Origin: Diplonema japonicum
Lineage: Eukaryota > Protista > Euglenozoa: Diplonemea
DNA: 64,000 nucleotides
Reading direction: 5' to 3'
Assembly: GCA_964019335.1 (NCBI GenBank)
Contig: OZ025733.1
Span: 1 to 64,000, forward strand
The notes under the pieces were generated by a model that saw only the letters and a list, made by a program, of their open reading frames with translations, ran no database searches and was not told the DNA's origin. Within the stretch, counting starts at the first letter, position 1; each line of letters opens with the position of its first letter. A program made the translations under genes and the position numbers. This document shows, piece after piece, positions 9,970-20,945 of this stretch.

Positions 9970-12558
9970 ATGACAAACATGGAAGAAGAACATGAGGACG
10001 GCGCAAAGATACATAACCATGAGGGGTACGACTATAGTAGAGGAGAGTCCCAGGACTATTTACCAGATGAAAAACGAATGAAAATGGAGGGGACTGCCAC
10101 TCCATGGGATGAGACGGGGCAGTTCGTGGCTACAAATGGGTTCAAACGGGAAACCGACACTGCAGACAAAGGATCATCTGTCTGCCCTGCTGGCAGCACG
10201 AGGAGTCTGGATGATGTGCAGAGCAGCTGCGACGAAGAGCTGTGCGAGATAAACACATCGCGGTGGAGGTGCATGAGTGTGAAGAAGGAGTGGGACGTCT
10301 TGAAAGAGCCGAGAGAAGATGCAAAAGTCATTGCTAAAATCAAAGACGGTGAGGAAATAGAGGTCGTCGCCACCAACGAAACGCCTGACGCGGAGTACCT
10401 GGAGCTCAAGAACGGCGGCTATGTGTTGAAAGAGGAAAAGGCCGACGGCTTCATCCCCTCAAGCCTATGCCCTTTAGTGGGGACATGGGAGTATGAATTC
10501 CACGGCAAGTTCAACAAGTACGCCATTGTGCACACGGACCGTGAGTTATATTACCACGAACGGGAGCTGAAGATCCCGCTGCGCCACTGCGACGATAAGG
10601 ACGCCCCCCCGCTGCCTGAGGATGAATACCTCACTGCACCTACTTATGGCGGTACTGCCGATTATAATCGCACGATCTGGTTCCAATTGTCGGAAGGCAA
10701 ACTGTTGTCAATCTACACAGGCAACAACAGCTCTCCCGTGAGGGTTATGGCCAAAAGGCTGGCTCTGCATGACTCGCGGCCCGTGTCACCAATCCAGGGG
10801 GACACCCACCCGTCAGAGCCGGGGCAGAGCGGGTTGTGGAATATCGGGAATACCTGCTTCATGAACTCTGCTATACAGTGCGTGTCGTCGTGTGAAGAGC
10901 TTATCACGTACTTTAGAAAGGATGCGTACAAAAAGCATTTGAACAGGACAAACCCGCTGGGAGCAAAAGGGAGACTGGCGGAGGAATTCGCCACCCTGAT
11001 GCAGGCGATGTGGAGCGGAGGGTACTCATCCGTAAGGCCGAACAAACTGAAGAAGGTTATCGATGAGTTCGCACCACGCTTCTCGGGGTACCAGCAGCAC
11101 GATTCACATGAGCTGCTCTCGTTCCTGCTGGACGGCCTCCACGAGGATGTCAACACTGTGAAGGATAAGCCCTACACACCGGACGACGACGTCTCGAAAC
11201 TTAATGAGCAGGAAAAAGCAGAGCTGGCATGGCGGAGACATAGGGAGAGGAACCAATCCACCGTGGCGTCCCTCTTCGAAGGGCAGCTCCGCTCTGTCAT
11301 TAAATGTAACCTCTGTTCCCATCAGGAGTCCAAGTTCGATCCCATGACCTCCGTGTCTCTCCCCTGCCAGCTTGACTCATCCCTCAACACAGTGCTCACC
11401 GTCTGCTTCTTGCCACAAAATGTCTGCAAGCCCATCGTAAAGTACCTTCTGAAAATGAAGAACACGGAGGACCTCAAAGCGGTGAAGAGGGAGATCTCCT
11501 TGCGTGTGTCCCTTCCCGAGGCCAACCTCATGATACTGGAGACCGAGACGAAACTTGTTACTGACTTCGCACGGGATCAGGTGACCGTCTACGAGACACC
11601 ACCCCACAGTAGTGAGGTCAGCATTATGAGGCTTAAGGACCCTGTACAACTGATATTCTGGCACATGTTGGTGGTGCCCAAAGATATCACTAAGGGAGAA
11701 TGCTACTCTCTTGTATGTCAGACGCTGAGCAGGGCCAAGCGGGGGGACAGCCAGGACTGCAGCATGAGCGAGAATGGCGACTTGAACGACGAAGACGACG
11801 AGCATCCTCTTCAATTCAATGTGTCGTCGTCGTCGTACAAGCCGCTGACGTTGGAGGCGGGGCTGCAGGACGAGGTGCGGTTGGATAAATTTATAGTGAA
11901 AGTGGGTATAAAGAGAAAGGTGGTCGATGGGGAAGGAAACAAGGAGGTTGAGAAATGGAAGGACGAGGTGGGTAATGTGCATTATAAAACACTCGAGGAA
12001 TGCATCGAGAAATACACAGAAGAGGAGCAGCTGGATGAGGCGAATACGTGGTATTGCCCAAAGTGCAAAGAACATGTGAGAGCGTACAAGTCGTTGTCGG
12101 TGTGGAAAGTACCAAAGTACCTGGTTATTCACCTGAACAGGTTCTCCTTCATGAACACGCTGTACGCAGGGAGGTTCTACGGAGACGGGATCAGACGGAA
12201 AGTCGACACAGACGTAAGGTACACAGACTCGATTGACTTGTCGCCCTCACTAGCAAAGGAGTCACCTGCAAGAAGTGAGGCACCTGTTTACGATTTATAT
12301 GCCGTGTCATGCCACATGGGCTCTGCTACAGGGGGACACTACACAGCCTACACCAAAGCTGGTGGGGCGTGGCACCACTACAACGACAGGTACGTCAGCC
12401 CGTCTTCTTTACGTGAAGCATGCACTCCGGGTGCCTACCTACTCTTCTACTCGAGGAGGGAACCTCAAAGCAGGAACTCTTCGCCTCCTCCTTGCCTGTC
12501 AAATGGGCTCTCAGAATCGCCCACAGAGGACTTCGAACCGTCACCGAAAAATGTTTAG
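9970..12558 (+). CDS. Ubiquitin carboxyl-terminal hydrolase (USP/C19, USP4/11/15-like) with an N-terminal SH3b-like segment
   Basis: Cys box GLWNIGNTCFMNSAIQC, QQHDSHE, CxxC pairs and His box HMGSATGGHYTAY...YND; 862 aa. Confidence 0.95.
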   Translation: MTNMEEEHEDGAKIHNHEGYDYSRGESQDYLPDEKRMKMEGTATPWDETGQFVATNGFKRETDTADKGSSVCPAGSTRSLDDVQSSCDEELCEINTSRWRCMSVKKEWDVLKEPREDAKVIAKIKDGEEIEVVATNETPDAEYLELKNGGYVLKEEKADGFIPSSLCPLVGTWEYEFHGKFNKYAIVHTDRELYYHERELKIPLRHCDDKDAPPLPEDEYLTAPTYGGTADYNRTIWFQLSEGKLLSIYTGNNSSPVRVMAKRLALHDSRPVSPIQGDTHPSEPGQSGLWNIGNTCFMNSAIQCVSSCEELITYFRKDAYKKHLNRTNPLGAKGRLAEEFATLMQAMWSGGYSSVRPNKLKKVIDEFAPRFSGYQQHDSHELLSFLLDGLHEDVNTVKDKPYTPDDDVSKLNEQEKAELAWRRHRERNQSTVASLFEGQLRSVIKCNLCSHQESKFDPMTSVSLPCQLDSSLNTVLTVCFLPQNVCKPIVKYLLKMKNTEDLKAVKREISLRVSLPEANLMILETETKLVTDFARDQVTVYETPPHSSEVSIMRLKDPVQLIFWHMLVVPKDITKGECYSLVCQTLSRAKRGDSQDCSMSENGDLNDEDDEHPLQFNVSSSSYKPLTLEAGLQDEVRLDKFIVKVGIKRKVVDGEGNKEVEKWKDEVGNVHYKTLEECIEKYTEEEQLDEANTWYCPKCKEHVRAYKSLSVWKVPKYLVIHLNRFSFMNTLYAGRFYGDGIRRKVDTDVRYTDSIDLSPSLAKESPARSEAPVYDLYAVSCHMGSATGGHYTAYTKAGGAWHHYNDRYVSPSSLREACTPGAYLLFYSRREPQSRNSSPPPCLSNGLSESPTEDFEPSPKNV

Positions 12559-13929
12559 ATATGAAACGGGAGGAAAGAAGAAAAAAAAAAGGAGATAATA
12601 AAAGGGAGGGGATGGGGCGAATGAAAAGGGAAAGGGGTGAGTGAGCCGAGGAAAAAAAAGAAGTATAAAGAGAAAATAGTATCATAGAGAAGGAAAGTGC
12701 GTTGCCCCCACCCCAATTTTTGTGTACTTACTGTCTCCCCTCATTCTTTCTTTCACCCCCCGATTTTCGTTTTTGTTCTTGCTCCCCCCCCCCCCCCCCC
12801 CCCCCTTCCCTTCCCGTGCTTGCCATTTCCCTCCTGCCCCTACCTCTTCCCTGGTTACCTCCCCCCCCTCCCCCACTCCCTTTTGTGTTTTTGTCCTCCC
12901 GTCGCTTAAAACCCCTTTTAAAAAACTCAAAGATGTGGGGGGGGGTGAAAAAGAGAAAGAAAAGAGCAAGAAGAAGACATGCTGCAAGACATGTCTTAGA
13001 ATAGAGAGGAGAAGAGATGCCCCCCCCCCCCCCCCCCCCCTCTTGTCTAAAAAGTGGCTAACACATGCTGCATGATCTCCGAGGAGATGAAGTAATGTTG
13101 GTGATCACCTGCCGTGACTTAGAAACGCATATGCGGCATTAAGAAAATATGAGTTATCCAGGCTCCAGGAATCCAAGCATCAGCCATAGGCTATGGGTAG
13201 CAGGGAACCTTCTTGATTTTATTTTCTCCCTTTCGGATTCTAACTTTTTCGCACCCCTTCTTGGGAGCACGGGTTTTTATTTTTTTTTGAAGTTTATTTT
13301 ATGTTCTTACCCCCCCTCCCATTTTTCTTCCGTTGCCTTCCCCCTACTCTCCTCTTTATCCCTCTTTTCTCCTTTCGACCCCCCCCCCCCCTCCCCGGAG
13401 TTCTTAGTGTGCATTATATCCCCTTTTTAATTTGTTCCCTCTGTACCCATTTTTTTGTCATTATCAATTCTGGAGGGGTAGCTGAAGGGAACGTGATTAA
13501 GGAAGAGGACAGAGGGGGGGGGGGGGGGGGGGTAGGAGTCAGTAGATGAAGTATAGGATGCTATAATCTGCAAGAGTTTGTCACTTTCTTTTCGTATTTG
13601 CTTTATCCTTTCCCTGCAGTGCGCTCCTGTTTTCTGTCTTCTTCCCTCCTCGCCCTAGGGGGTTAAGCACGTCGCCTCTTGTTTTTTTCTTTCATTCTTG
13701 TATTCTCTGCTTTTATACCCTCTTTCTCACTCGTCTTTCTAAACCCTTCTCACGCATTTTCCCGAAAAGATTGCACCTCTTTGATTTTAAAAAAAAAGAG
13801 AAACTTATTCCATTTTTTTTTCCGTTCATCTTCTCCCCTTTTTTTTCATATCTTGTTCTCCTCCTCTTTGTTATTTTATCCCTTTTATCTATAAATAACA
13901 ATAACGGGAAAAAAAAAAAAAAATAACTA

Positions 13930-14033
13930 CTGTAAATCAAAAATCCACCGGAAGATAAAATATCCGGACCGCCGAAACATCCGGTGATTTTTTCTTCCGG
14001 ACATTTTATCTTCCGGTGATTTTTGTTTTACAG
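13930..14033. mobile_element. 104-bp pogo-related MITE
   Basis: TA-flanked, with ~38-bp near-perfect TIRs (CTGTAAA.CAAAAATC.ACCGGAAGATAAAAT.TCCGGA). Same terminus as 1713-3921. Confidence 0.85.
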
Positions 14034-15205
14034 TATTTATTGCCAACAAATTATGAGTCATTATTTAACTCGAGTTCCCAAAAAAACGGGTAACGAGAGT
14101 TAAATAATGGCTCATTTGGCGGCAAGTAAGTCGTTTTATTTCACTCTTCGTCATTTGAGTCACTCACTCTTCGCTGCTTTCACTGCTGTTTTTTTTCACG
14201 CAGGTCAGCCTTTTTGGGGAGTTTCCTAAGGTAATATGGGGTTGCTATTTCGCCGTGGCATTTAAAGGGGAAGTAAGGCACTTATTCCCACTTTTAAGGG
14301 CTGGAATGGCCTCAGATGGCCAAAAATAGTCAAAATACGCCCACCCCAAAAAAATTTTTTCAAGGGGTTGGGTGCATTTTTTTCCACGGCGAGACTCATT
14401 ATTGAAGGGCCATTATTTAACTGCAAAATCTCATTATTTAACTAGTTAAATAATGGCGATTTCGCGTTAAATAATGGCCGTTTCGCGTTAAATAATGAGG
14501 CACCTAGTGAGTGGAGAAAATGACGAAGAGTGAAATAATAGCTATTTACTGCCAACAAGTAATGACTTTACCGTTACCTCGAGGTCGGTAAAGCATTACT
14601 TGGCGGTAGGTAAGTGGTTTTATTTCACGACACTCTGAAATTACTTCACCACGAGGGGCACAACAGGGTGACAAGGGGTACAACAAGAGAGGGGTTACAA
14701 AGGTTACAATACAAGTTGTTTTTCCTCCTTTTGTTGACTAAGAGCTGCCGCTGTCGCTGGCATTGCCACTGTCACCATCTCTAATCAGGCCTTCCCATAC
14801 CTAGCGCGGCCGCTGGCTCCTTTTTTTCTGCTGCTTCGGTATTTTGAAGTCTTTTGGGGAGCTTGGGTAAGCTGACTAAGTTACCCTTACCCACAGAAAC
14901 TGGGAACAAGGTCTAGCCAAAAGTGGGCAAATTGGGAGGAAAAAGTAGTCCAACTTGGAACTGAGCCGAGGCAAAAGTTGGCCAATTGAGCTGAACCTGG
15001 GGGGAAATAGCAAACTGAGAGGAAAAAGTAGCCCCACTGGGAACCGAACCGAGGCAAAAATTGGCCTACCGAGGCATATTATTTAACGGAAACCTCCTAT
15101 TACTTCACGGAAAACAGGCCATTATTTCACCGTGAAGTAATGAGATTTAGCGTGAAGTAATGGGCCCCCCAGTGCGTGAAGTAATTTCTGAAGAGTGAAA
15201 TAAAA
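14034..15205. mobile_element. Two tandem non-autonomous elements, each a terminal hairpin plus asymmetric inverted repeats (Helentron- or Crypton-like)
   Basis: Units 14034-14541 and 14543-15205 both begin TATTTA.TGCCAACAA and form a hairpin, then carry TTTTATTTCAC...GTGAAATAA inverted repeats. A deleted inverted copy lies at ~49676-49832. Confidence 0.65.
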
Positions 15206-15235
15206 GAAAAAAAAAAAAAAAAAAAGCGTAAGACG

Positions 15236-16330
15236 ATGTGTAATGAAAAGATCGAGTTCCTGGACAGACAGTTTGCAGACCTAGTGCACGACCACTACAT
15301 TAAAGATTCTGAGCACAACGTGAACAGGTCTAATGTCGAGTGTCTTTGCCCATTCAGGCCGGAAATATGTGGCGACAAGAAAGTGCTGCATGTCGAGAAC
15401 AGCTTCTGGGAGGAACTGTTGAATGAAGACATGAAAGATGGCATTTTAACGGCTCTAGGGGGCGGCTGGGTGGTGGAGCAAGCCAGCACTTGGTCTTTCC
15501 CAAACACCATCATAAAGGACACCGCAGAAAGAAGCATCTTTCGAACGGTGTATGAGACCTACTTGGGGTTCTTTGACTACGACAGGTGGTGCAGGCGTCT
15601 CACGCTGCGTGACTTGGGAATCGACGCTGCGCATGACGACAACCTAGCCGACCTCATCACCCCGACAAGGACATCTGACAGACAGCTTTTTTGTTCTATA
15701 GGCAAGTCCCGTGTGATCACGGGACACGGCCTCAGCGACGAAGCCTTCGAAGACTTCAGCCCTACCATCGTGGAGACCATTCAGCGTGCCATCGACAAAT
15801 GGGGTGCCGTCTTCGTGAAGCTTAGCTCAAAGTCTGCTAAGAACGACGTGAAACTGCGCCCTCTGACAACCGTGCGCGGCGTGCTGGACACCTTAACCGC
15901 ATCAAAGGACATCATGGCATGGTTGGAGGGCAGTGGCAACGTCGCCCGTGCTGCTGACCTCGTGCTCCTCCCGTGGAACCCGTGCATCACAGAGGACAAC
16001 GAATATCGTGTCTTCATGAAGCAAGGTGAACCCACAGCAATCTCCCAGCAAAGGTGGTACCACCAGATCCCTGATCCTTTGTCGCCTGACATGGTTGTAA
16101 GCGCTGTCCGCACGCTCTGCACCACCCTCCAACCCCGCCTCCCTTTCCCCTCTGCTACCCTTGATGTGTGGATCAACCCAAGCACATCCACAGCACACCT
16201 TATCGAATGCAACCCTTGGGGGGGTTTCTTCAGTAGCGGCTCCTCTCTCTTCGACTGGGAGCAACATTGGGACATGATGCACGATACCAAAATCGTCAGC
16301 TTCGCGCGTCTCACTGAAGGCAGTGAATAG
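15236..16330 (+). CDS. CDC123/D123-like ATP-grasp protein (R2K clade)
   Basis: FVKLSSKSAKND, EYRVF...AISQQ and LIECNPWG...SGSSLFDW motifs. Confidence 0.8.
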   Translation: MCNEKIEFLDRQFADLVHDHYIKDSEHNVNRSNVECLCPFRPEICGDKKVLHVENSFWEELLNEDMKDGILTALGGGWVVEQASTWSFPNTIIKDTAERSIFRTVYETYLGFFDYDRWCRRLTLRDLGIDAAHDDNLADLITPTRTSDRQLFCSIGKSRVITGHGLSDEAFEDFSPTIVETIQRAIDKWGAVFVKLSSKSAKNDVKLRPLTTVRGVLDTLTASKDIMAWLEGSGNVARAADLVLLPWNPCITEDNEYRVFMKQGEPTAISQQRWYHQIPDPLSPDMVVSAVRTLCTTLQPRLPFPSATLDVWINPSTSTAHLIECNPWGGFFSSGSSLFDWEQHWDMMHDTKIVSFARLTEGSE

Positions 16331-16463
16331 TTTTGTTGCTTGGTACGTATGCCTCACCTAACCTTTACATGCAAGTACCACCAGTCTTTTCTCGTTTTTC
16401 TCCCCCCCCCCGCCCCACGTTGCGTGTTTTCACAATTCACAATGTCTAACAGGTAAGGTTGGG

Positions 16464-18461
16464 ATGGAGCACCCAGAAGTGCCAGAATACCTGAGGTCAC
16501 AGGAGAGGAAGATTGAGCATGGCCTACATCTGTGGGAGGAGCCGCGAGACCCGCCTAGAGACTTTGTAGAGAGGAACTTCTCAACGTGGCCAGTGGAGCT
16601 GCAAGAGAAGCACTTCGCAGAGGCCGTTCTGATGGCTGTACGGGGGACGCCAAGCATACTAGTGGCTCCTATCGTGACACAGGAGGGAGCACTTCGAGGA
16701 AGGAACTACCCTCCTATCCAGTTCCTTGTGTCGGACCTTGTGGAAGACGCCATGGGGTCTTACGTGGAACCTATCCTAGGGCTCGCTAGCGACAGAGCTA
16801 TCGTGTGGCGGTTCGGGAAGGAACACATCATGCCGTACCACGACGGGCTCATCAACCAGGCGCTCGGGGCTGCTTTGGTTGGCGTCTGCCTCGAGATGCA
16901 CGAATTCGTGTGCACCGTTTGGGATGAAATCCAGACAGCACCCGCACCCCTCACTGTGATCCACAACCGCTTGTCAGCCTACATCCCTCTCTTCAGCCTC
17001 CTCAAAGACCTTCTCGACAAGCACGAAAGCAAATGCGGATGCATAGTTATCAAGATGCTTGAAGAAGCACGCACCCAGTACATCGGCTACCCCATTGGCG
17101 AGATCACGCTGAAGGCGCTGCTCGACCAGACCACAAAGCCCTTCTTTGAGATCCTGAAGTCTTGGATCTACGAGGGTGTCAACGTGGCGCCTGTTGCATG
17201 GGAGTTCCCCCTCACAAAAAAGCAAGGTGATTCCTTCATGTCCTGGGAGCTCATTCCTAGTGGGCTGCCCCATTTCCTGCAGGGCTGCGTGTCAAAGGTG
17301 CTGAAATGTGGGAAGCTCGCGCTTATCTTAAAGCAAGCTAACAGGAAGTATGTGCCTAAGACTGTCGAGCTGAAGTACGACTTGGAGGTGCCTATAGGGG
17401 ACGCCATAGACACGGTGTTCCAACACGCTAACTCGGAGGTGCTCAGCCTGTTGAAGACCGACCACAGACTGCTAGACTGGATCACATTCCTCCATCACTT
17501 CATCCTGTGCGGAGGCGGGGACTGGGTCGCCTCCTTCATGGACCACTGCTGGCAGCACCCTACATGCTCGCTGGACAGGTCGGTAAGGGATGCCAGATGG
17601 GACGAGTTGCAGAGGACCATGAAGAACGTCTGTGAAGCATCCGCAGGAAGCAGGTACCCCAAGGAGTGGCTGGAGGCATTGCGACTGGAGCCTGCCAACA
17701 AGTCCATCGTCCGGATGGTGCGACGGATGGCGAGAATGCAGGAGAACGGGTACGTGCCGTCCACGAGCAGCAATGAGGACGCCATGAAGGGGGACATGGA
17801 GGTCATGCAGGCAATACAGCTCACGGCGTCGCTGGAATGGCCAATCAGTTTGGTTGTGCACCCTACGGCATTGGCGAAGTACCAGCTGTTCGGAAGACTA
17901 GTGTTAAGGGTAAAGGGGTTGTTGTATGTGTTGCATAGATTCAGGAGGAGGAAGGGAGGAAAGATGAGGGGCGAGCAGGCCGCGTCCTTCAGGCAGCTGT
18001 GCGCGTTGCGAGGGTCGATGATCCAGTTCCTTTCCAATCTAGAGATGTACTTACTGTTCGAGGTAGTGGAGCCGGGGTTCGCTCAGCTGAAAGGGAGCCT
18101 TGCAGAGGCAAAGACGGTGGACGACATCATCGAAGCGCACGATGACTTCACAGACAGCTTCATCGTCTCTGCCATGGCCACGTCGGAGGGTCTCTACAAG
18201 AAGATGGAAATGGTGTTCCTCACTATACGTCTTTTTGCTTCTGCACTGCAGACCACAGAAACTTCCGAAAAACACGAGATAGAGATGGTGAACCGCTTCA
18301 AAACATCATTCAAGGAACGACTCGGCGACCTCCTGAACGAGATGCAGGCATCCACATCAGGAAAGGGGGACAGCGAGCTGAAGTCTCTCCGTCACATGCT
18401 TTCGAAGCTCGATTTCAACAAATATTACTTGAAGGAGAAGTACTACGGCAGAGGGGACTAG
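16464..18461 (+). CDS. Gamma-tubulin complex component (Spc97/Spc98 family, GCP2-like)
   Basis: PFFEILKSWIYEG, KVLKCGK, HFILCGGGDW, WPISLVV....LAKYQLF and FLSNLEMYLLFEVVEP...AHDDF match GRIP1/GRIP2 motifs. Confidence 0.88.
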   Translation: MEHPEVPEYLRSQERKIEHGLHLWEEPRDPPRDFVERNFSTWPVELQEKHFAEAVLMAVRGTPSILVAPIVTQEGALRGRNYPPIQFLVSDLVEDAMGSYVEPILGLASDRAIVWRFGKEHIMPYHDGLINQALGAALVGVCLEMHEFVCTVWDEIQTAPAPLTVIHNRLSAYIPLFSLLKDLLDKHESKCGCIVIKMLEEARTQYIGYPIGEITLKALLDQTTKPFFEILKSWIYEGVNVAPVAWEFPLTKKQGDSFMSWELIPSGLPHFLQGCVSKVLKCGKLALILKQANRKYVPKTVELKYDLEVPIGDAIDTVFQHANSEVLSLLKTDHRLLDWITFLHHFILCGGGDWVASFMDHCWQHPTCSLDRSVRDARWDELQRTMKNVCEASAGSRYPKEWLEALRLEPANKSIVRMVRRMARMQENGYVPSTSSNEDAMKGDMEVMQAIQLTASLEWPISLVVHPTALAKYQLFGRLVLRVKGLLYVLHRFRRRKGGKMRGEQAASFRQLCALRGSMIQFLSNLEMYLLFEVVEPGFAQLKGSLAEAKTVDDIIEAHDDFTDSFIVSAMATSEGLYKKMEMVFLTIRLFASALQTTETSEKHEIEMVNRFKTSFKERLGDLLNEMQASTSGKGDSELKSLRHMLSKLDFNKYYLKEKYYGRGD

Positions 18462-18986
18462 ACTAGACTACTTTCCCTTGCTCTTTTAGAGTTATCCCCC
18501 CAACCCCTTCCCAAGGGTCCCCCCCCCTTTTTTTTGCTGGAACAAGTATACAAACTTTGAAAATAATTGTTGCAAAAAAAGAGTAGAGGCAGCTTGTCTG
18601 TTTACCCTACTGTAGGTGGAAGCCTTGCACAAGCAATCAGCCGACTCTTTTTTGAATGTTAATTATTGTCTTTAATTATGCTGTCTATACCCGAATGGGG
18701 AGTGGAACAATGGAAACAAGATGTAGAACACAAACCAGAGAAAAGAGTTCGTTGAAATCGATTTTTGATTTTTTTTTATTTTTAAAAGTTATTATCTTAT
18801 GGAAGGTTTTCTCATCCCACCCGCCCGCCTTTTTTCTTTTCTCCCCCAAGTGGTGTTCGTGACTTAGATTTATTTTAGATAAGTTAGTGGTCTCCTTTTC
18901 CCCGTTTCCCCTACTTTCAACCACTTTTTATTAAATTGAAACGTGTCCCTTCTTCGAGTTTCAAGTATCACCGCACACAAGGGACC

Positions 18987-20945
18987 ATGTTGCACCGTAC
19001 TGGGTTTTTGGTGCTGTTGTGCGCCTTGTTAGCTGCAGCGCACAAGTCAATGGTGTGCTCGTCCACGTCCCCCTCGCGCCCTGGGATGTTCACCTTCTGG
19101 ATCCTGACGTACCACCCCAACCCCCCTACTGGTATGGTCGGAGGCGAAATCTACGTCCACGAGCCCGACGGCAGGGAGCCGCATACTGGGTTCAACGCGT
19201 GGTGTAGTCTGCAAGACTGTCCCACGCCTCCCTGTGTCGACAACGATGCTATGTACCCTGGCATCCCTGGCGATGCTGATGTGGAGACCATTGCAGCTGA
19301 GATGAAGAAGACGGGGCACTGCACCGCGGTGACAAACGCCAACGGGACTGCCCTTATGAGCGGTGACTCCATCCTATCTTGCTACGAGCCGAACGTGGGC
19401 ATGGACCCTCTGAGGTTCGGGTCTGCCGTCACCTCTGGGACAGGGACCCTCCCCCCTGATGACAACACCCGCCAGACAATCGCCTGCAACGACCAGCCCG
19501 ACGGCAACGGGATCAAAACAGCACGCCCTATGCAGACCGTCTACGGCGTGCTCGTCGACGGCGTCAAGGCGGGAACCTACAAGACATGGACACAGGGAAC
19601 AGACCAGAACCTTGACCCTTCGCAGAAAGCCATGGGGCAGACCCCGTGCGGCATGTCTGAGAACAACCCATACTTTTTCGACATATCCGTCGCAGACGGT
19701 GGGAAGTCCTGCCAAGACATCCCGCCCACCATGCCTAGCGCGGTAGCCACATCTCTTCAGTTCTGCATCCCTTCGCCCACAAGGGTGATCTTCAGTGGTT
19801 TCGTGTGCTCCGTGAACTGCGACCCCGGAACGACGCGTGTGGGCACCCTGCAGTGCCTGGACGGGGTCTGGACGCCGTACAAGTGCACCACAAAGCCTAC
19901 CTGTTCCCTGCCAGGCGAGGGCAACAACAACGTATCGATCCCCGGGAGGAACGACACCCCTTCCGCACAGTGGGTTGCAGGCGTCTGGGACGGTGAACCC
20001 GGACCGCCCGTCGACCCTGGGTGCGGAACCATCACCGAGGCGGGCACGATATGCAACTACACGTGCAACCTCGACGAGTCGCCGTACTGCGCACCCACGA
20101 GGACTACAGCCACGGGATCCACTAAGCTGAACGTCCCGCACATGCGGTCGACCGTTGTGTGCGGTGCCGACGGGAACTGGTACCCTGGCGAAGGCTTCTG
20201 CGGGTGTAGGAAGACGCCCTGTGACACACCGACACCCACCTTCACGCACACGATCACACCATCCCTCACGCCGACCGACACCCTGACACAGACATTGACG
20301 CAGACCCTGACACCGACGGCGACCATCAGTCTCACACCGAGCATAACACAAAACCCGCTGTGCCTTGTTCTGGGGCCCTTGGGAAGTGTCTTCTGTGAGG
20401 AGGAGGACGTGATGCCGTGGTGGCCATGGCTACTACTGCTGCTGCTACTGTGCCTGTGTTGTTGTGCCCTCCTCGCTTGGATGCGGTCCAGACCACCACC
20501 TGATGACCCGGAGGAGCACGAGCTGGTGCAGGATGACGCTGTTGTGGAGGAGGAGGAGATCGAAGTGGGGGTCAAGGCGGTTCCGCCGCCTCCTGAGCAG
20601 GAAGAGGAAATGATTCAGTTCGTGCCCCCACCGGCAGTGCAAGTAGGGGTACACACTTTGGCGAAGGAAGAAATCGAGGTAGGGGTGCACGCCCTACCAT
20701 CTTCTGGCATTGAGGTAGGGGTGCACGCTCTACCTGTTTCCGATATTGAAGTAGGGGTGCATGCAGTGCAGCAGAAGGATATTGAGATAGGTGTGCACCA
20801 CGTGCCAGTGGAGACGGAAGACATCATCGTGGGTGTGACAAAGCCTCCCGCCTCTGCCCTGACTGGGGTCACAAGGCGCAGCCACTCGGTATGCATTATA
20901 AGAGAGTCAACACCACCACCACGACAGACCGCTGTTGACCTTTAG
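18987..20945 (+). CDS. Type I membrane protein: signal peptide, Cys-rich (sushi-like) ectodomain, Thr-rich stalk, Cys-rich TM helix, cytoplasmic IEVGVH repeats
   Basis: The ATG at 18987 gives a hydrophobic leader. TM segment WWPWLLLLLLLCLCCCALLAW; repeated IEVGVH. Confidence 0.85.
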   Translation: MLHRTGFLVLLCALLAAAHKSMVCSSTSPSRPGMFTFWILTYHPNPPTGMVGGEIYVHEPDGREPHTGFNAWCSLQDCPTPPCVDNDAMYPGIPGDADVETIAAEMKKTGHCTAVTNANGTALMSGDSILSCYEPNVGMDPLRFGSAVTSGTGTLPPDDNTRQTIACNDQPDGNGIKTARPMQTVYGVLVDGVKAGTYKTWTQGTDQNLDPSQKAMGQTPCGMSENNPYFFDISVADGGKSCQDIPPTMPSAVATSLQFCIPSPTRVIFSGFVCSVNCDPGTTRVGTLQCLDGVWTPYKCTTKPTCSLPGEGNNNVSIPGRNDTPSAQWVAGVWDGEPGPPVDPGCGTITEAGTICNYTCNLDESPYCAPTRTTATGSTKLNVPHMRSTVVCGADGNWYPGEGFCGCRKTPCDTPTPTFTHTITPSLTPTDTLTQTLTQTLTPTATISLTPSITQNPLCLVLGPLGSVFCEEEDVMPWWPWLLLLLLLCLCCCALLAWMRSRPPPDDPEEHELVQDDAVVEEEEIEVGVKAVPPPPEQEEEMIQFVPPPAVQVGVHTLAKEEIEVGVHALPSSGIEVGVHALPVSDIEVGVHAVQQKDIEIGVHHVPVETEDIIVGVTKPPASALTGVTRRSHSVCIIRESTPPPRQTAVDL

